Virus record (IMG/VR): IMGVR_UViG_3300027533_000048
Coordinates: 1 to 42,538 of that record
Reading direction: 5' to 3' (one strand)
Length of the DNA: 42,538 bases
DNA from: a virus
Lineage: Duplodnaviria > Caudoviricetes
Numbering within the stretch: position 1 is the first letter of the stretch; the number at the start of each line of letters is the position of its first letter. Below are positions 9,196 to 18,832 of the stretch, piece after piece. The notes under the pieces were generated by a model. It did no database searches and had not been told where the DNA came from. It was given only the letters and a program-made list of their open reading frames with translations. The position numbers were made by a program, and so were the translations under genes.

Positions 9196-9926
9196 TGCTC
9201 AAAGACCACAAAATCGTCGCGCTCCACTTCAGCGGCGGCAAGGACTCCCTTGCCACGCTGTACCTCATGCGCCCGTGGTGGGAGCGCATCACGGTGCTGT
9301 GGTGCAACACCGGGGATGCGTTCCCCGAGACACGGCTGCAGATGGACGCGATCAAGCAGCTGGTGCCGCACTTCCAGGAAGTGGAGTCGGACCAGCCGCT
9401 GCAGATCGCGGAGAACGGCTACCCGTCCGACGCACTGAGCGCGTGGGACACGCCGTTCGGCGCGGCGATCTACGAGGGTCGCCCGCACAAGGCACAGGCG
9501 CCGCTCGGGTGCTGCCAGGCGAACATCTGGGCACCGATGGACCGTGCGACCCGGATGCTGGGCGCGACAATGGTGATTCGCGGGCAGCGCAACAGCGAGA
9601 GGCTCAAGTCTCCGATCCGCTCGGGGCACGTCGAGGACGGCATCGAGTACCTGTTCCCGCTGCAGGAGTGGACGGACGAGATGGTGAAGGGGTACTTGCG
9701 CGACAATGACGTGGCGTTGCCGCCGCACTACGTCTACAACAACACGTCGCTCGACTGCCAGCACTGTTCCGGCTACCTGTTCGACACCGTGGGCAAGTTC
9801 GACTACATGCGGAAGCATCACCCGACGCTGCACAGGAAGGTAGTGGAAATTGTGCGGATGAATCTGAACGCCGTGGTGTGGGAACTGCGTCACGCTCGCG
9901 CGATCATCGACGCGCACTCGGAGTAA
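9195..9926 (+). CDS. PAPS/APS reductase family (PP-loop) protein
   Basis: FSGGKDS PP-loop, TGDAFPET, CC, GQRNSE, PLQEWT and SLDCQHC motifs. Confidence 0.85.
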   Translation: MLKDHKIVALHFSGGKDSLATLYLMRPWWERITVLWCNTGDAFPETRLQMDAIKQLVPHFQEVESDQPLQIAENGYPSDALSAWDTPFGAAIYEGRPHKAQAPLGCCQANIWAPMDRATRMLGATMVIRGQRNSERLKSPIRSGHVEDGIEYLFPLQEWTDEMVKGYLRDNDVALPPHYVYNNTSLDCQHCSGYLFDTVGKFDYMRKHHPTLHRKVVEIVRMNLNAVVWELRHARAIIDAHSE

Positions 9927-9928
9927 TC

Positions 9929-11566
9929 ATGCCTCTAGACTTCGCCTCACAGACTGCCTCGATTGCGCGCCAGCGCAAGCTCGCTGAGATGCTGCAGCAG
10001 CAAGCGTTCGCGCCCTCGGAGATGCCCACCGACCCGCGCGCGAAGATGTCCTGGCTGCACCCGCTCGCCAAGGCGCTTGGGGGCGGGCTCTCTGCGTGGC
10101 AAGCCGACAAGGCGGATGCGGCCGACAAGGCGATGTCGGAGTCGATCAAGCAGCAGCGCGCGGAGATCCTGGGTGCGCCGGACGGTAGTGCGCCAGGCGT
10201 GCCGTCGATGCCGATCGAGCAGGAAGCCACGGTGCCCGCGGGCCCGCCGCCGGCCGCGCAGGAAGCCGCGCCGCCACTGGCGCAAGCGTTTGGCCCCACG
10301 GGCATGCCCAACGTCGGCCCGCGCGACAACGAGTTTAAGGGTGCGGGGGCTGACTCGACGCAGCAGCTGGCGCAACTGCTCGGCGGGCCGCAGGGACCGC
10401 AGCCCAGCCCACTCGCGCCGCCCCCGCCCGAGGGCATGCCGCCGCCGGGCGCGGAGCCGCCGCCCATGCTGCCGCGGGTGAATCCGGTCGACATGGCCGG
10501 CCCCGGCATGAAGCCGAAGCTGGCAACGGACGCGATCCTGCCCAAGCTACCGACTGCGGAGAGTTTCCGCACCAAGGGTGAGAAGCTGCTCGCGCTCGGT
10601 GATCCGACCTCGCTGGCAATGGGCAAGGAATACTTCACCAAGGGTGTCGATGCCGACGCGCCGATGACGCGCAAGGAAGAAGCGACCATAGCGGAAACCA
10701 GGGCCGCGCACATCGCGCAGGAGAATCAGCGTATTGAAGAATTGCGCTACCGTGGGGAGAAGGACAAAGCTGATCGGGCGCAGCGGGAGTTGGACGAAAA
10801 ACGCCGCAGCGATGACAAGCGCTACACGACCGACGAGAACAACGAAACGCGGCGGATACTCGCGCAAGCAGTCGCGTCCCGTAAGGGCGACGGCGAGGGT
10901 GGCAAGGCCTCAGTCTCGGGCGGGCACACCAACATCGCGGGCGACCTCCTGGCGTGGGACGGCAAAAAATTCATCAACACGCGCACGGGGCAAGAGCATA
11001 TCCAGACCGAAGCTGATCCCATTATCGAGAAGGGTGATCGCAAGGAGATTCTGGACACGACCAAGCTGCTGACTTCCGCGGCGGACAGTCGCGACATGGC
11101 GGGCGCGATTCGTGCGGACGAGAAACAGAATCCCGGCAAGGGCGCGTACAGCGGGGGCAACAATTTCCGCGCGTATGTGAGTGCCGCAACCGCGGGCATC
11201 GTGGACCCGGCAGAAAGGATGAAGGCGGAGCAGCAGATACTCCGCTCCAACGTCACCCGCGACATCGCGGCGGAAATGCATAGCCTCTATGGCGCGTCGT
11301 TCACCACGTCCGAACAAAAGCAAGCGTCCGACATTATGAAGATGCCGTTTGCCTCGGGTGAGCAAATGGCGCGCAAGCTGGAAGCGCAAGCCAACTTCCG
11401 CGAGCAGATGGCGCGCGCTCACAGCCCGAAAGCGATTACGGTGGCAGAGGCGCGTGTGAAGCACACCCGCAGCAAGAGGGACGAAGGGGCTGAACCACCT
11501 GCCGCCGCGAAGCAGTACACGCCGGAACAACAGAAGGCTATGGCGACGTACGGAGTTAAGGGGTAG
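9929..11566 (+). CDS. DNA ejection/internal virion protein
   Basis: GGAG SD, ATG 9929. IARQRKLAEMLQQQ N-terminus, Pro-rich linker, charged helical C-terminus. Confidence 0.65.
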   Translation: MPLDFASQTASIARQRKLAEMLQQQAFAPSEMPTDPRAKMSWLHPLAKALGGGLSAWQADKADAADKAMSESIKQQRAEILGAPDGSAPGVPSMPIEQEATVPAGPPPAAQEAAPPLAQAFGPTGMPNVGPRDNEFKGAGADSTQQLAQLLGGPQGPQPSPLAPPPPEGMPPPGAEPPPMLPRVNPVDMAGPGMKPKLATDAILPKLPTAESFRTKGEKLLALGDPTSLAMGKEYFTKGVDADAPMTRKEEATIAETRAAHIAQENQRIEELRYRGEKDKADRAQRELDEKRRSDDKRYTTDENNETRRILAQAVASRKGDGEGGKASVSGGHTNIAGDLLAWDGKKFINTRTGQEHIQTEADPIIEKGDRKEILDTTKLLTSAADSRDMAGAIRADEKQNPGKGAYSGGNNFRAYVSAATAGIVDPAERMKAEQQILRSNVTRDIAAEMHSLYGASFTTSEQKQASDIMKMPFASGEQMARKLEAQANFREQMARAHSPKAITVAEARVKHTRSKRDEGAEPPAAAKQYTPEQQKAMATYGVKG

Positions 11567-11568
11567 AC

Positions 11569-13443
11569 ATGCCATCCCGTGACGAACTCATTGATGCAAT
11601 GACGAAGGCCGACGCGGCGGGTGATGTTGAGTCCGCCAAGGCGTTCGCGTCGATGATTAACGCAGCACCCGCGGCTGCGCCAGCAGCGCCGAAGCACGCG
11701 AAGAACGTGTATGTGAAGGGCGTGGACGACTACAACCCGACCGACGACATGAACGTGGTCGAGCAGGGTCTGGCCGGGATCGGGGGCGGGCTCACGAACG
11801 CGTACCTCGGGGCGAAGGGGTTTGCAGCTCGGCGCGGATGGCTCGGTGGAACCGGCGGGCAGAATAGCCTCTCTTCCCTCATTACGGGCAACGAGGCGAA
11901 CTCTGAGGCAATAAAGGTCGCCAAGCAGCAGGAGGAGAAGAACAAGATCGACAAGCCGCTCACCGACACCGTAGCCGGTGCCGCGGGCAATTTCGTTGGT
12001 GAGAACCTGCCCTACATGCTGCCCGGTCTGGGCGTGGCGAAGGGTGTGTCGATGATCCCGAAGGCGATACCGCTCGCCAGGACGGCGAAGGTGGCGGCGT
12101 CCCTCGGGGGCAATGCTGCAGCCGGGGCCGCGCAGAGCGCGATGGCGCCGACCGAGGATGCCGGTGCCGACGACGCGGATCGCGCCATGTGGGGCGGCAT
12201 CTTCGGCGCCGGTGGTGACGTCGCCGGCCGCGGCATCGGTAAGGTGTTCGGTGGACTCGCGCCGAAGGCGTCCAAGTTCGCGCAGTCCAAGATTGACGAC
12301 ATCAGGAACTCGCCCGTGGGCGACAAGATGACGCTGCTCGCATCGCACCTCACCGACAACGAGGGCATCAAGAACATGACCGATGCGCTGTCGAAGGTGG
12401 TTCTCCTCGGCGGCGGTGTCAACAAGGCGGCGATCAAGAACAAGCAAGCGCTCACCGAGTTGGCGACGGACGCCACCGGCACGAAGATGAGTCAGCTGAT
12501 CCCCACCGATGTTGACGCGATAAAGGGGACGCTGGTGAACGAGGGGAACGTGTTCCGCGCGGGGCCGGATGTCCCGATGGACAAGGTCGCGCAGACGACG
12601 CAGGACATCATCGATAAGGTGTCGGAGCACGCGCGCGCGACCGGCGGCAACATGAAGCCCCTGGAGCGCGGCCTGGCGGATGCGACCCCGAAGGCATCCA
12701 CAATCCTAGGGCCGAACGGCAAGCCGCTCCCCGGGCGCCCCAAGACGCTGACGGCGAATGAGGTGATGGACCGCCGCCGGGCAGCAAGTGAGCTCGCGCA
12801 CGGTGCGTTCCAGAATGGTGACGTCACGATGGCGGCGAAGTATGCCGAGTACCAGAACGCGCTGGACGATGCGCTGCGGGACACGATCCCGATGCCAAAA
12901 ACGAAGATGAGCGCGAAGGGCAACCCGGTCCCGTACGACGGTCCACACCCGTTCGATGAGTGGCGGCAGAAGTGGGCCGCGATGGAGAAAACGCGCAAGG
13001 CGACCGATGCCGGGCTCACCCCGCAGGGACACCTGCAGCCCAGCGCTATGGAGAAGCAAGCGAGCCTCGACGTGCAGCAGGGCGGCAGCGGCACAAAAGC
13101 GGGGGCCGTGCCGACGAAGAACGAGGTGGTGGACCGGGTGGCGTCCGCGATGGAGTCGCGGATGCCCGAGGTCACGGGTGGCGGCAACCGGGCGCTGAAC
13201 ACGTCGCTGCTGCTCCTGGGCGCCGGTGGGCTGGGCGCGGGGGCACAGGCGGCGGCGGACAACCCGCTCGCTACAGGCGTGGCCGGCGCCGCGCCGCTGC
13301 TCGCCACGCTGCTGCTCAGTACGCAGGGCGGCGGGAGGTTCCTGACCGGCGACCTCAAACACCAACAGGAGTTCGCCAGAATCCTGCGTATGCTCACACA
13401 GCAAGGTGTGCAGGGTCAGGGCATCAACGTCGCGAATAGATAG
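11569..13443 (+). CDS. Large DNA ejection/internal virion protein
   Basis: 624 aa, Ala/Gly-rich hydrophobic helices, located just before the tail fibre. Confidence 0.65.
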   Translation: MPSRDELIDAMTKADAAGDVESAKAFASMINAAPAAAPAAPKHAKNVYVKGVDDYNPTDDMNVVEQGLAGIGGGLTNAYLGAKGFAARRGWLGGTGGQNSLSSLITGNEANSEAIKVAKQQEEKNKIDKPLTDTVAGAAGNFVGENLPYMLPGLGVAKGVSMIPKAIPLARTAKVAASLGGNAAAGAAQSAMAPTEDAGADDADRAMWGGIFGAGGDVAGRGIGKVFGGLAPKASKFAQSKIDDIRNSPVGDKMTLLASHLTDNEGIKNMTDALSKVVLLGGGVNKAAIKNKQALTELATDATGTKMSQLIPTDVDAIKGTLVNEGNVFRAGPDVPMDKVAQTTQDIIDKVSEHARATGGNMKPLERGLADATPKASTILGPNGKPLPGRPKTLTANEVMDRRRAASELAHGAFQNGDVTMAAKYAEYQNALDDALRDTIPMPKTKMSAKGNPVPYDGPHPFDEWRQKWAAMEKTRKATDAGLTPQGHLQPSAMEKQASLDVQQGGSGTKAGAVPTKNEVVDRVASAMESRMPEVTGGGNRALNTSLLLLGAGGLGAGAQAAADNPLATGVAGAAPLLATLLLSTQGGGRFLTGDLKHQQEFARILRMLTQQGVQGQGINVANR

Positions 13444-13452
13444 GACACAGAC

Positions 13453-14613
13453 ATGCCACGCAACGGGTCAGGCCAATTCATCCTCCCACCGTCGAACCCG
13501 GTGGTGCCGAACACGATCATCCAGACGGCGTGGGCGAACCCGACCCTGGACGACATCGCCGCGGCACTGTCGACCTCGATCGCCACCGACGGGCAGACGC
13601 CGCCGACTGCGAACCTGCCGATGGCGGGGTTCCGCCACACCAACGTCGGCCCCGCGCTCGCCGCGAACCAGTACGCGCGCGCCGACCAGGTGCAGGGGTT
13701 CGTGTTCAACATCGTGTCCAACGTGCAGAACGACTCGGGGCGGGTGACGTATACCGGCACCACGCCGTTCGGAATCGGCGCGGGCGCGGTGGCGATCCCG
13801 ACGTTGATGCCGTTGCTGTTCGTCCCATCCGTCAACAACGGCGGACCGTCCACTCTGGCGCTGAACGGCGGATCCGCGCACCCGATCCTCAACTCGGACG
13901 CGACCCCGCTGTTCGCGGGCCAGATCACCGCCGGGCGTCCGTACGCGCTCGTCTACAACGGCGCGAACTGGATTCTGATTACCAACACGCTCGACTTGGC
14001 GATTCTGAACACGCAATTCCTCAAGTTGAGCGGCGGCACGATGCTCGGTGCGCTGACGCTATCGCAAGCGCCGTCCACCGACCTGATGGCGGCGACGAAA
14101 AAGTACGTCGATGACTCCATCGCGGGCAGCGTGGCGGGCGTGGCGTCGTTCAACACGCGCACCGGCGCGGTCACGTTGCTGTCGTCGGACATCACGACGG
14201 CATTGAGTTACACCCCGGCCAACATCGCGGGGTCCACGTTCACCGGCAACATCGCGGCCCCGCAAGTGACGGCGACGGGGAAGGTCATCGCCCCGGTTTT
14301 CCAGAACACGGCGCTAGTCACCAATGCACTCTCGGGTGCGTTCAACATCGACGCCGCGCTGTCGCAGAATCACATCTGGACCAACATGGCGGGCAACGTC
14401 ACGCTGACGATCACCAACGGGGTGCAGGGGCAGATCATCCGCATCATGATGACCGCCACAACCGGCAGAACGGTCAGTTGGCCCGCAACTACCTTCTGGC
14501 CGATCCCCACGCCGACGCCGCCGGTCATCGACGCGGGCACGATCAAGGCCGCGCTCGTTGTCTTGGAGATGACCGCGACGGGTAACTGGCTCGGCAACGC
14601 GTCGGTCTACTGA
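13453..14613 (+). CDS. Tail fibre / fibre anchor protein
   Basis: MPRNGSGQF...WANPTLDDIAAALSTSIATDGQT podovirus fibre N-terminus; LSGGTMLGALTL, AATKKYVD and VASFNTRTGAVTL fibre motifs. Confidence 0.8.
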   Translation: MPRNGSGQFILPPSNPVVPNTIIQTAWANPTLDDIAAALSTSIATDGQTPPTANLPMAGFRHTNVGPALAANQYARADQVQGFVFNIVSNVQNDSGRVTYTGTTPFGIGAGAVAIPTLMPLLFVPSVNNGGPSTLALNGGSAHPILNSDATPLFAGQITAGRPYALVYNGANWILITNTLDLAILNTQFLKLSGGTMLGALTLSQAPSTDLMAATKKYVDDSIAGSVAGVASFNTRTGAVTLLSSDITTALSYTPANIAGSTFTGNIAAPQVTATGKVIAPVFQNTALVTNALSGAFNIDAALSQNHIWTNMAGNVTLTITNGVQGQIIRIMMTATTGRTVSWPATTFWPIPTPTPPVIDAGTIKAALVVLEMTATGNWLGNASVY

Positions 14614-17102
14614 TGCCTGTAGCTCGACTGTCGTTTCCGTCGTACCAGACCTCCAACGAGAACGGTGGAGGCGGACACCCGTGGATAAACGTAGCGGGCG
14701 CGGGCGCGACCGCAGCGGGTGCGGGTGCCTACAGCATCCGCGATCCGAACAGCGCGGACATGAATTGGCTGCGCTCGTACGGCGACGGTGCGCGTGGCGG
14801 TGCGTCGATTCCAGACGGCTCGATCATCACCGGCATCGTCATCGGGTTCGAGGTAAGTTGCCAGGGCGGCAACCAGACCGGCGGCACCTACAGCGTCGGC
14901 ATCTTCAAGAATGGTTCGCCGGTCGGCACGTTCAAGTCGGGCAGCATCGCCAACAACTCATCGGTCGGCGGGTTCGGCGCGAGCAACGACCTGTGGGGAT
15001 TGGGTGCGCTCGCCACGCCCGCGTACTTCGCCAGCGGCATCTACTTCGGGCATCACTGTAATTTCCCGAACATCACCGCGAACATCTCTGTGTACTCATG
15101 GAATGGGTACATGGACATTTACTACAACGATCCGGTGCCCATACCCACGTCGATCGGTGTAGGCGCGGGCAACAATCAGAACACGCAAGTCAGCACGCAG
15201 TTCGCCACTCAGATGTATGCCATCGTGCGCGACCAGGGCGGCAACCCGATGCCTGGCATCAGCGTCACGTTCACGCTGCCCGCGTCCGGCGCGTCCGGCG
15301 GGTTCAACAGCGTCGGCGGGCCCAAGACGGCGACCGCAGTAACGAACTCGTCCGGTGGCGCCGTGTCACCGTTCTTTTTCGCCAACGCGACCACGGGCAC
15401 ATGGCAACCCGTGGCGGACGTTACGGGATCGTCGCCGCTGATCTTCACGATGTTCCAGATGACCAACGACCCGGTGCCCGTGGTGAAGGTGCCGACGACC
15501 ATCTCGAGGCAGCAGGGCGACGGGCAGCAGGCGGCGGTGTCCACGCAGTTCAACACGCTGCTCAAGGTGCGGGTGTTCGATCAGTTCGTGCAGCCGATGC
15601 CGAACGTCGAAATCAACTGGCCCCCGCCTGGCAGCGGCGCATCCGGCCTGTTTCAAGGTGGCAACCCGTACCGCTCATTCACCGACGTCGGCGGCGTGGC
15701 GACGGCGGTGGCGCTATACGCCAACTCGACGCCGGGCGCGTGGACGCTGCCCGCTGCTCCGGTCGGGTTCCCCGCGGTGGTGGCGTCGTTCGGGCTTACC
15801 AACCTGGCGAACAACGCACCGCCCACGCCCACGTCGGGGCAGATCGTATCCGGCAGCAATCAGTCGGCGGCGCTCAATGCCAACTTCCCCAACTCGATAC
15901 AGGTCAAGGTTCTCGACCAGTACGGATCACCGTACGCGGGTGCTACGGTGGTGGGTGTCACGCCGGGGGTCGCGTACGGCACATGGTTGTCGAATTCATC
16001 GGTCACGAAATCGGTAGTCACTGACTCGCAAGGCATCGCCAACTTCGGCACCTTGAAGGCCAGCGGCAGCGTGCAGTCGAATTGGGCGGTCACGATGACC
16101 GGCAACGCGTTCGTTGCGGGTGTCGATCAGTTCACGGCGAACTTCACCGTGGGCGGGCTCAACAACGTCGACGCCACCATCGTCACGGCGCTCACCGCGA
16201 TCAGTGGGACGGGTCAGCTTACGCAACCATCAACATCGTTCGCGCTGCCCCTCGTCGCCCGCGCAACGAACGGGCTCGGTGCGGGTGTGCAGAACTATGC
16301 GGTCACGTTCACCGCGCCGGGCAGCGCGGCAACGTGTACGTTCACGGGATCGTCCACGCAACTCGTCAACACCGATGTCAACGGTTACGCTACGTCGGCG
16401 GTGCCGGTCGCCAGCGCGACGGAAGGCTCGTACACCGTCGTCGCCTCGGGGGCCGGTGGGCTGACCGCCAACTTCCCACTGCAAAACGGGAACACCTACG
16501 ATCCCGAAGTCTGCACGGCGCTCGCCAACCTGCCGTCAGGCGGCACGAACAGCACGCTCGGCAGCGTGGGCGGGACGCCTACTGCGTGGGTCAACCCCGG
16601 CAATGCGAGCCTGGCGGCGCAGGGTGCGACGAGTACGCTGAACGGACAACAACCGCCGAACAGCAATCGCTCGCAGGGGTTGTTCCTGGTGCCGCTGCCC
16701 GCTGCCGCGCTGGCGATACCGGACACGGCCAAGATCACGAAGATGACGCTGAACTGGTCGCAGCGCATCAACACGTCGGGGGCGCAGGTAGGGCTCGGGA
16801 ACATATTCGCCACGATAATCAAGAACGGCGCGGCCCCCCAACTCTCATCGACGCACGCCGTCCCGCTGATCGACCAGTGGACGAACCAGACCACGACCAA
16901 GACGTTCACCGCGGTGACTATGACCGGCGCCGACCTGAAAACCGGCACCACGGGTATGCTCTTGACCTTCGGCCCGGCGTCCAACTTCGGGTCGACCCAG
17001 GATGTCAGAGTCAACGGGTGCCAACTGATCGTGTGCTACCAGACGATCATCCCGCCGCCAGTGCAGGACCCGATGGGGCCGCTGTTGGTGTGTCAACCGT
17101 GA
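14613..17102 (+). CDS. Ig-like (Big_1/invasin-type) repeat protein, putative adhesin or receptor-binding protein
   Basis: TGATG coupling. Four ~110-aa repeats with G.nQ......F...l.v.V.DQ.G.P..G..VtF. Confidence 0.75.
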   Translation: MPVARLSFPSYQTSNENGGGGHPWINVAGAGATAAGAGAYSIRDPNSADMNWLRSYGDGARGGASIPDGSIITGIVIGFEVSCQGGNQTGGTYSVGIFKNGSPVGTFKSGSIANNSSVGGFGASNDLWGLGALATPAYFASGIYFGHHCNFPNITANISVYSWNGYMDIYYNDPVPIPTSIGVGAGNNQNTQVSTQFATQMYAIVRDQGGNPMPGISVTFTLPASGASGGFNSVGGPKTATAVTNSSGGAVSPFFFANATTGTWQPVADVTGSSPLIFTMFQMTNDPVPVVKVPTTISRQQGDGQQAAVSTQFNTLLKVRVFDQFVQPMPNVEINWPPPGSGASGLFQGGNPYRSFTDVGGVATAVALYANSTPGAWTLPAAPVGFPAVVASFGLTNLANNAPPTPTSGQIVSGSNQSAALNANFPNSIQVKVLDQYGSPYAGATVVGVTPGVAYGTWLSNSSVTKSVVTDSQGIANFGTLKASGSVQSNWAVTMTGNAFVAGVDQFTANFTVGGLNNVDATIVTALTAISGTGQLTQPSTSFALPLVARATNGLGAGVQNYAVTFTAPGSAATCTFTGSSTQLVNTDVNGYATSAVPVASATEGSYTVVASGAGGLTANFPLQNGNTYDPEVCTALANLPSGGTNSTLGSVGGTPTAWVNPGNASLAAQGATSTLNGQQPPNSNRSQGLFLVPLPAAALAIPDTAKITKMTLNWSQRINTSGAQVGLGNIFATIIKNGAAPQLSSTHAVPLIDQWTNQTTTKTFTAVTMTGADLKTGTTGMLLTFGPASNFGSTQDVRVNGCQLIVCYQTIIPPPVQDPMGPLLVCQP

Positions 17103-17113
17103 GAGGGCGAGAT

Positions 17114-17779
17114 ATGCGAACGACTGCGCTGCTGTTGCTGGTAATGCTCACCGGGTGTCAGACCACGATGGACCCGAACTACGCGATTCAGCTTGAGAGC
17201 TACCGGCTGACGATCGCATCGCAGCGCGAGGTCGATGTCGCCAAAGCTCGCGCGGAGGAAGCCCGCTACAACGCCATCGCGGAGATCGCGGTCAAGGGCG
17301 ATCTGGTGTCGCGGCAGACCGCGATCCTGGCGCTGGCGCTGTCCGGGCGCGAGGGTGTCGCCATGCAGCCGGTGCCGGTGCAGTTGCCGCGCATCCCTGA
17401 GTCGCAGGAGGACCGCGCGCTCAAGTGGGCGGCGATCTTCGCCGGGCCGACGATCGCCATAGCGCAAGGGTGGTTCGGCTATAAACTTGGCGTGGCGCAG
17501 AGCAATAACCAGGCAAGCACCACGATAGCGTCCTACAACGCACTAGGCGCAACGGCGATTGCGGGCTACGGCGCGATCACCGAATTTAAGCAACCGCCGC
17601 TCGACCTGTCCACGCTGCCGGTCATCACCAACACGACCACAACGATCAACACGAACACCGAGGTGGATAATCACAGCGGTCAGGTCGCCGTGGGCGGCGG
17701 CGATGCCAACCGTCCGGCGATCGTGCCGCCCGTCGTAGTAGTGCCGCCCGTCGTAGTACCCGGTGCAACCCCGCCATGA
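17114..17779 (+). CDS. Lipoprotein
   Basis: MRTTALLLLVMLTGC lipobox with upstream GAGGG SD. Confidence 0.75.
   Translation: MRTTALLLLVMLTGCQTTMDPNYAIQLESYRLTIASQREVDVAKARAEEARYNAIAEIAVKGDLVSRQTAILALALSGREGVAMQPVPVQLPRIPESQEDRALKWAAIFAGPTIAIAQGWFGYKLGVAQSNNQASTTIASYNALGATAIAGYGAITEFKQPPLDLSTLPVITNTTTTINTNTEVDNHSGQVAVGGGDANRPAIVPPVVVVPPVVVPGATPP
17723..17758 (+). repeat. 18-bp tandem duplication GTGCCGCCCGTCGTAGTA x2
   Basis: Exact copies at 17723-17740 and 17741-17758, encoding VPPVVV twice. Confidence 0.9.
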
Positions 17780-17790
17780 GGAGAAAGACC

Positions 17791-17973
17791 ATGACCACGA
17801 AGAAACTGCCCGAGGATGATCTGCCGCCGTACCTGGAAGGCGACGACGCAGACAAGACCAAAGAGGACAAGAAGAAGGACAAGGAAAAGTCCAAGTACAC
17901 CGAGGACCCGAACGACCCGGCGTACGTCGAACCGCGCCTTCGCCCCGATTGGACCCCGGATCAGCCAGGCTGA
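17791..17973 (+). CDS. Small highly charged hypothetical protein
   Basis: GAGGAG SD; D/E/K-rich, 60 aa. Confidence 0.6.
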   Translation: MTTKKLPEDDLPPYLEGDDADKTKEDKKKDKEKSKYTEDPNDPAYVEPRLRPDWTPDQPG

Positions 17974-17988
17974 CGGCCAACTTTACAC
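17971..17988 (+). promoter_or_regulatory. Putative PEP-CTERM box / PrsR-type enhancer site
   Basis: TGACGG-N5-TTTACAC about 55-70 bp upstream of the sigma54 element. Resembles the TGTCGG-N5-TTTACA motif I recall upstream of proteobacterial PEP-CTERM genes. Confidence 0.55.
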
Positions 17989-18039
17989 CGCGCACCGCCC
18001 CGGACGCGCTCCCCGTTGATTTTATTGGGGATGTGCGTC

Positions 18040-18055
18040 CGGCACCCGAATTGCT
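18040..18055 (+). promoter_or_regulatory. sigma54 (RpoN) -24/-12 promoter
   Basis: cGGCAC-ccgaa-TTGCT with GG at 18041 and GC at 18053 (canonical spacing), ~30 nt before the ATG of the PEP-CTERM gene. Confidence 0.75.
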
Positions 18056-18087
18056 TATGCTCCGGTTCAATCACCGGAGGATCACCC

Positions 18088-18816
18088 ATGAAGAAACTAC
18101 TGTTCGGCATCGCAGCTCTGGCGATCGCGGCGCCCGCGTACGCCACGCTGCAGATCGCGGCCAATTTCGGCGGCGTGCTGTTCTTCTGCGCCGATCAGCA
18201 AGCCTGTGACACCAACCCGCTCGTCGGCCAACTCGGCATTACCAACCAGATCATCAACGGCGTCGAGATTCTGGGGTCGAGCCAGTTCGCCACCATCGGC
18301 GTGAACAACTTCCTCAACACGTCCTCGTTCCAGATCATCAACCACAACCTGTTCAACATCGGCTATGAAGTCGCCGTCGGGGGCACCGGATTTCTCGGGC
18401 CGGTCAGTTCCTATGCGGCATCGGGCAGCGGCACTTGGCAGAATGCCGCCGGGAGCGACATCGACCTGTCGTACTACGGTGACGCCGCCAACGGTCAGGG
18501 TGCCGATACGCCGAATGATCTGCCGGGGTTGCTGTTGGCCTCGTTCAGCGACGTTGCTGTCGGTCCTGCGGACGCATTCGCCTTCAACACCAGCGGCGCA
18601 TTCAACGCTCCCAACCCGTTCAGCATGAGCTTGGGTACTGATGGCACCCTCGCCGCATGGAACGGTCAGCAAGGGCAGGAAACCACGCTCGTAGGCCGCT
18701 CGCAGACGATCCTGACCACGCAACTGCTGGTCCCCGAACCCGGCACACTCGCGCTGCTCGGCCTCGGTCTGCTGGCAATCGGTTTCGCCCGCCGGGGTTC
18801 CCTCCGCCAGAGGTAA
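18088..18816 (+). CDS. PEP-CTERM sorting domain protein (exosortase substrate)
   Basis: GGAGG SD. Signal peptide MKKLLFGIAALAIAAPAYA; C-terminal VPEPGTLALLGLGLLAIGFARR (PEP + TM helix + Arg cluster). Confidence 0.93.
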   Translation: MKKLLFGIAALAIAAPAYATLQIAANFGGVLFFCADQQACDTNPLVGQLGITNQIINGVEILGSSQFATIGVNNFLNTSSFQIINHNLFNIGYEVAVGGTGFLGPVSSYAASGSGTWQNAAGSDIDLSYYGDAANGQGADTPNDLPGLLLASFSDVAVGPADAFAFNTSGAFNAPNPFSMSLGTDGTLAAWNGQQGQETTLVGRSQTILTTQLLVPEPGTLALLGLGLLAIGFARRGSLRQR

Positions 18817-18832
18817 GCACTCTCGGTGTGGC

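Noticed and set aside
9195-9926. Complete Dnd phosphorothioation or sulfur-assimilation pathway
   Set aside because: No DndA/D/E, cysteine desulfurase or cys genes in the genome.
13453-17102. Diversity-generating retroelement targeting the tail genes (BPP-1-like gene order)
   Set aside because: No reverse transcriptase and no TR/VR repeat pair seen.
16082-17113. N-terminal extension of the 565-aa ORF
   Set aside because: Off-frame overlap with the Ig-repeat gene; the real start is the lipoprotein ATG at 17114.
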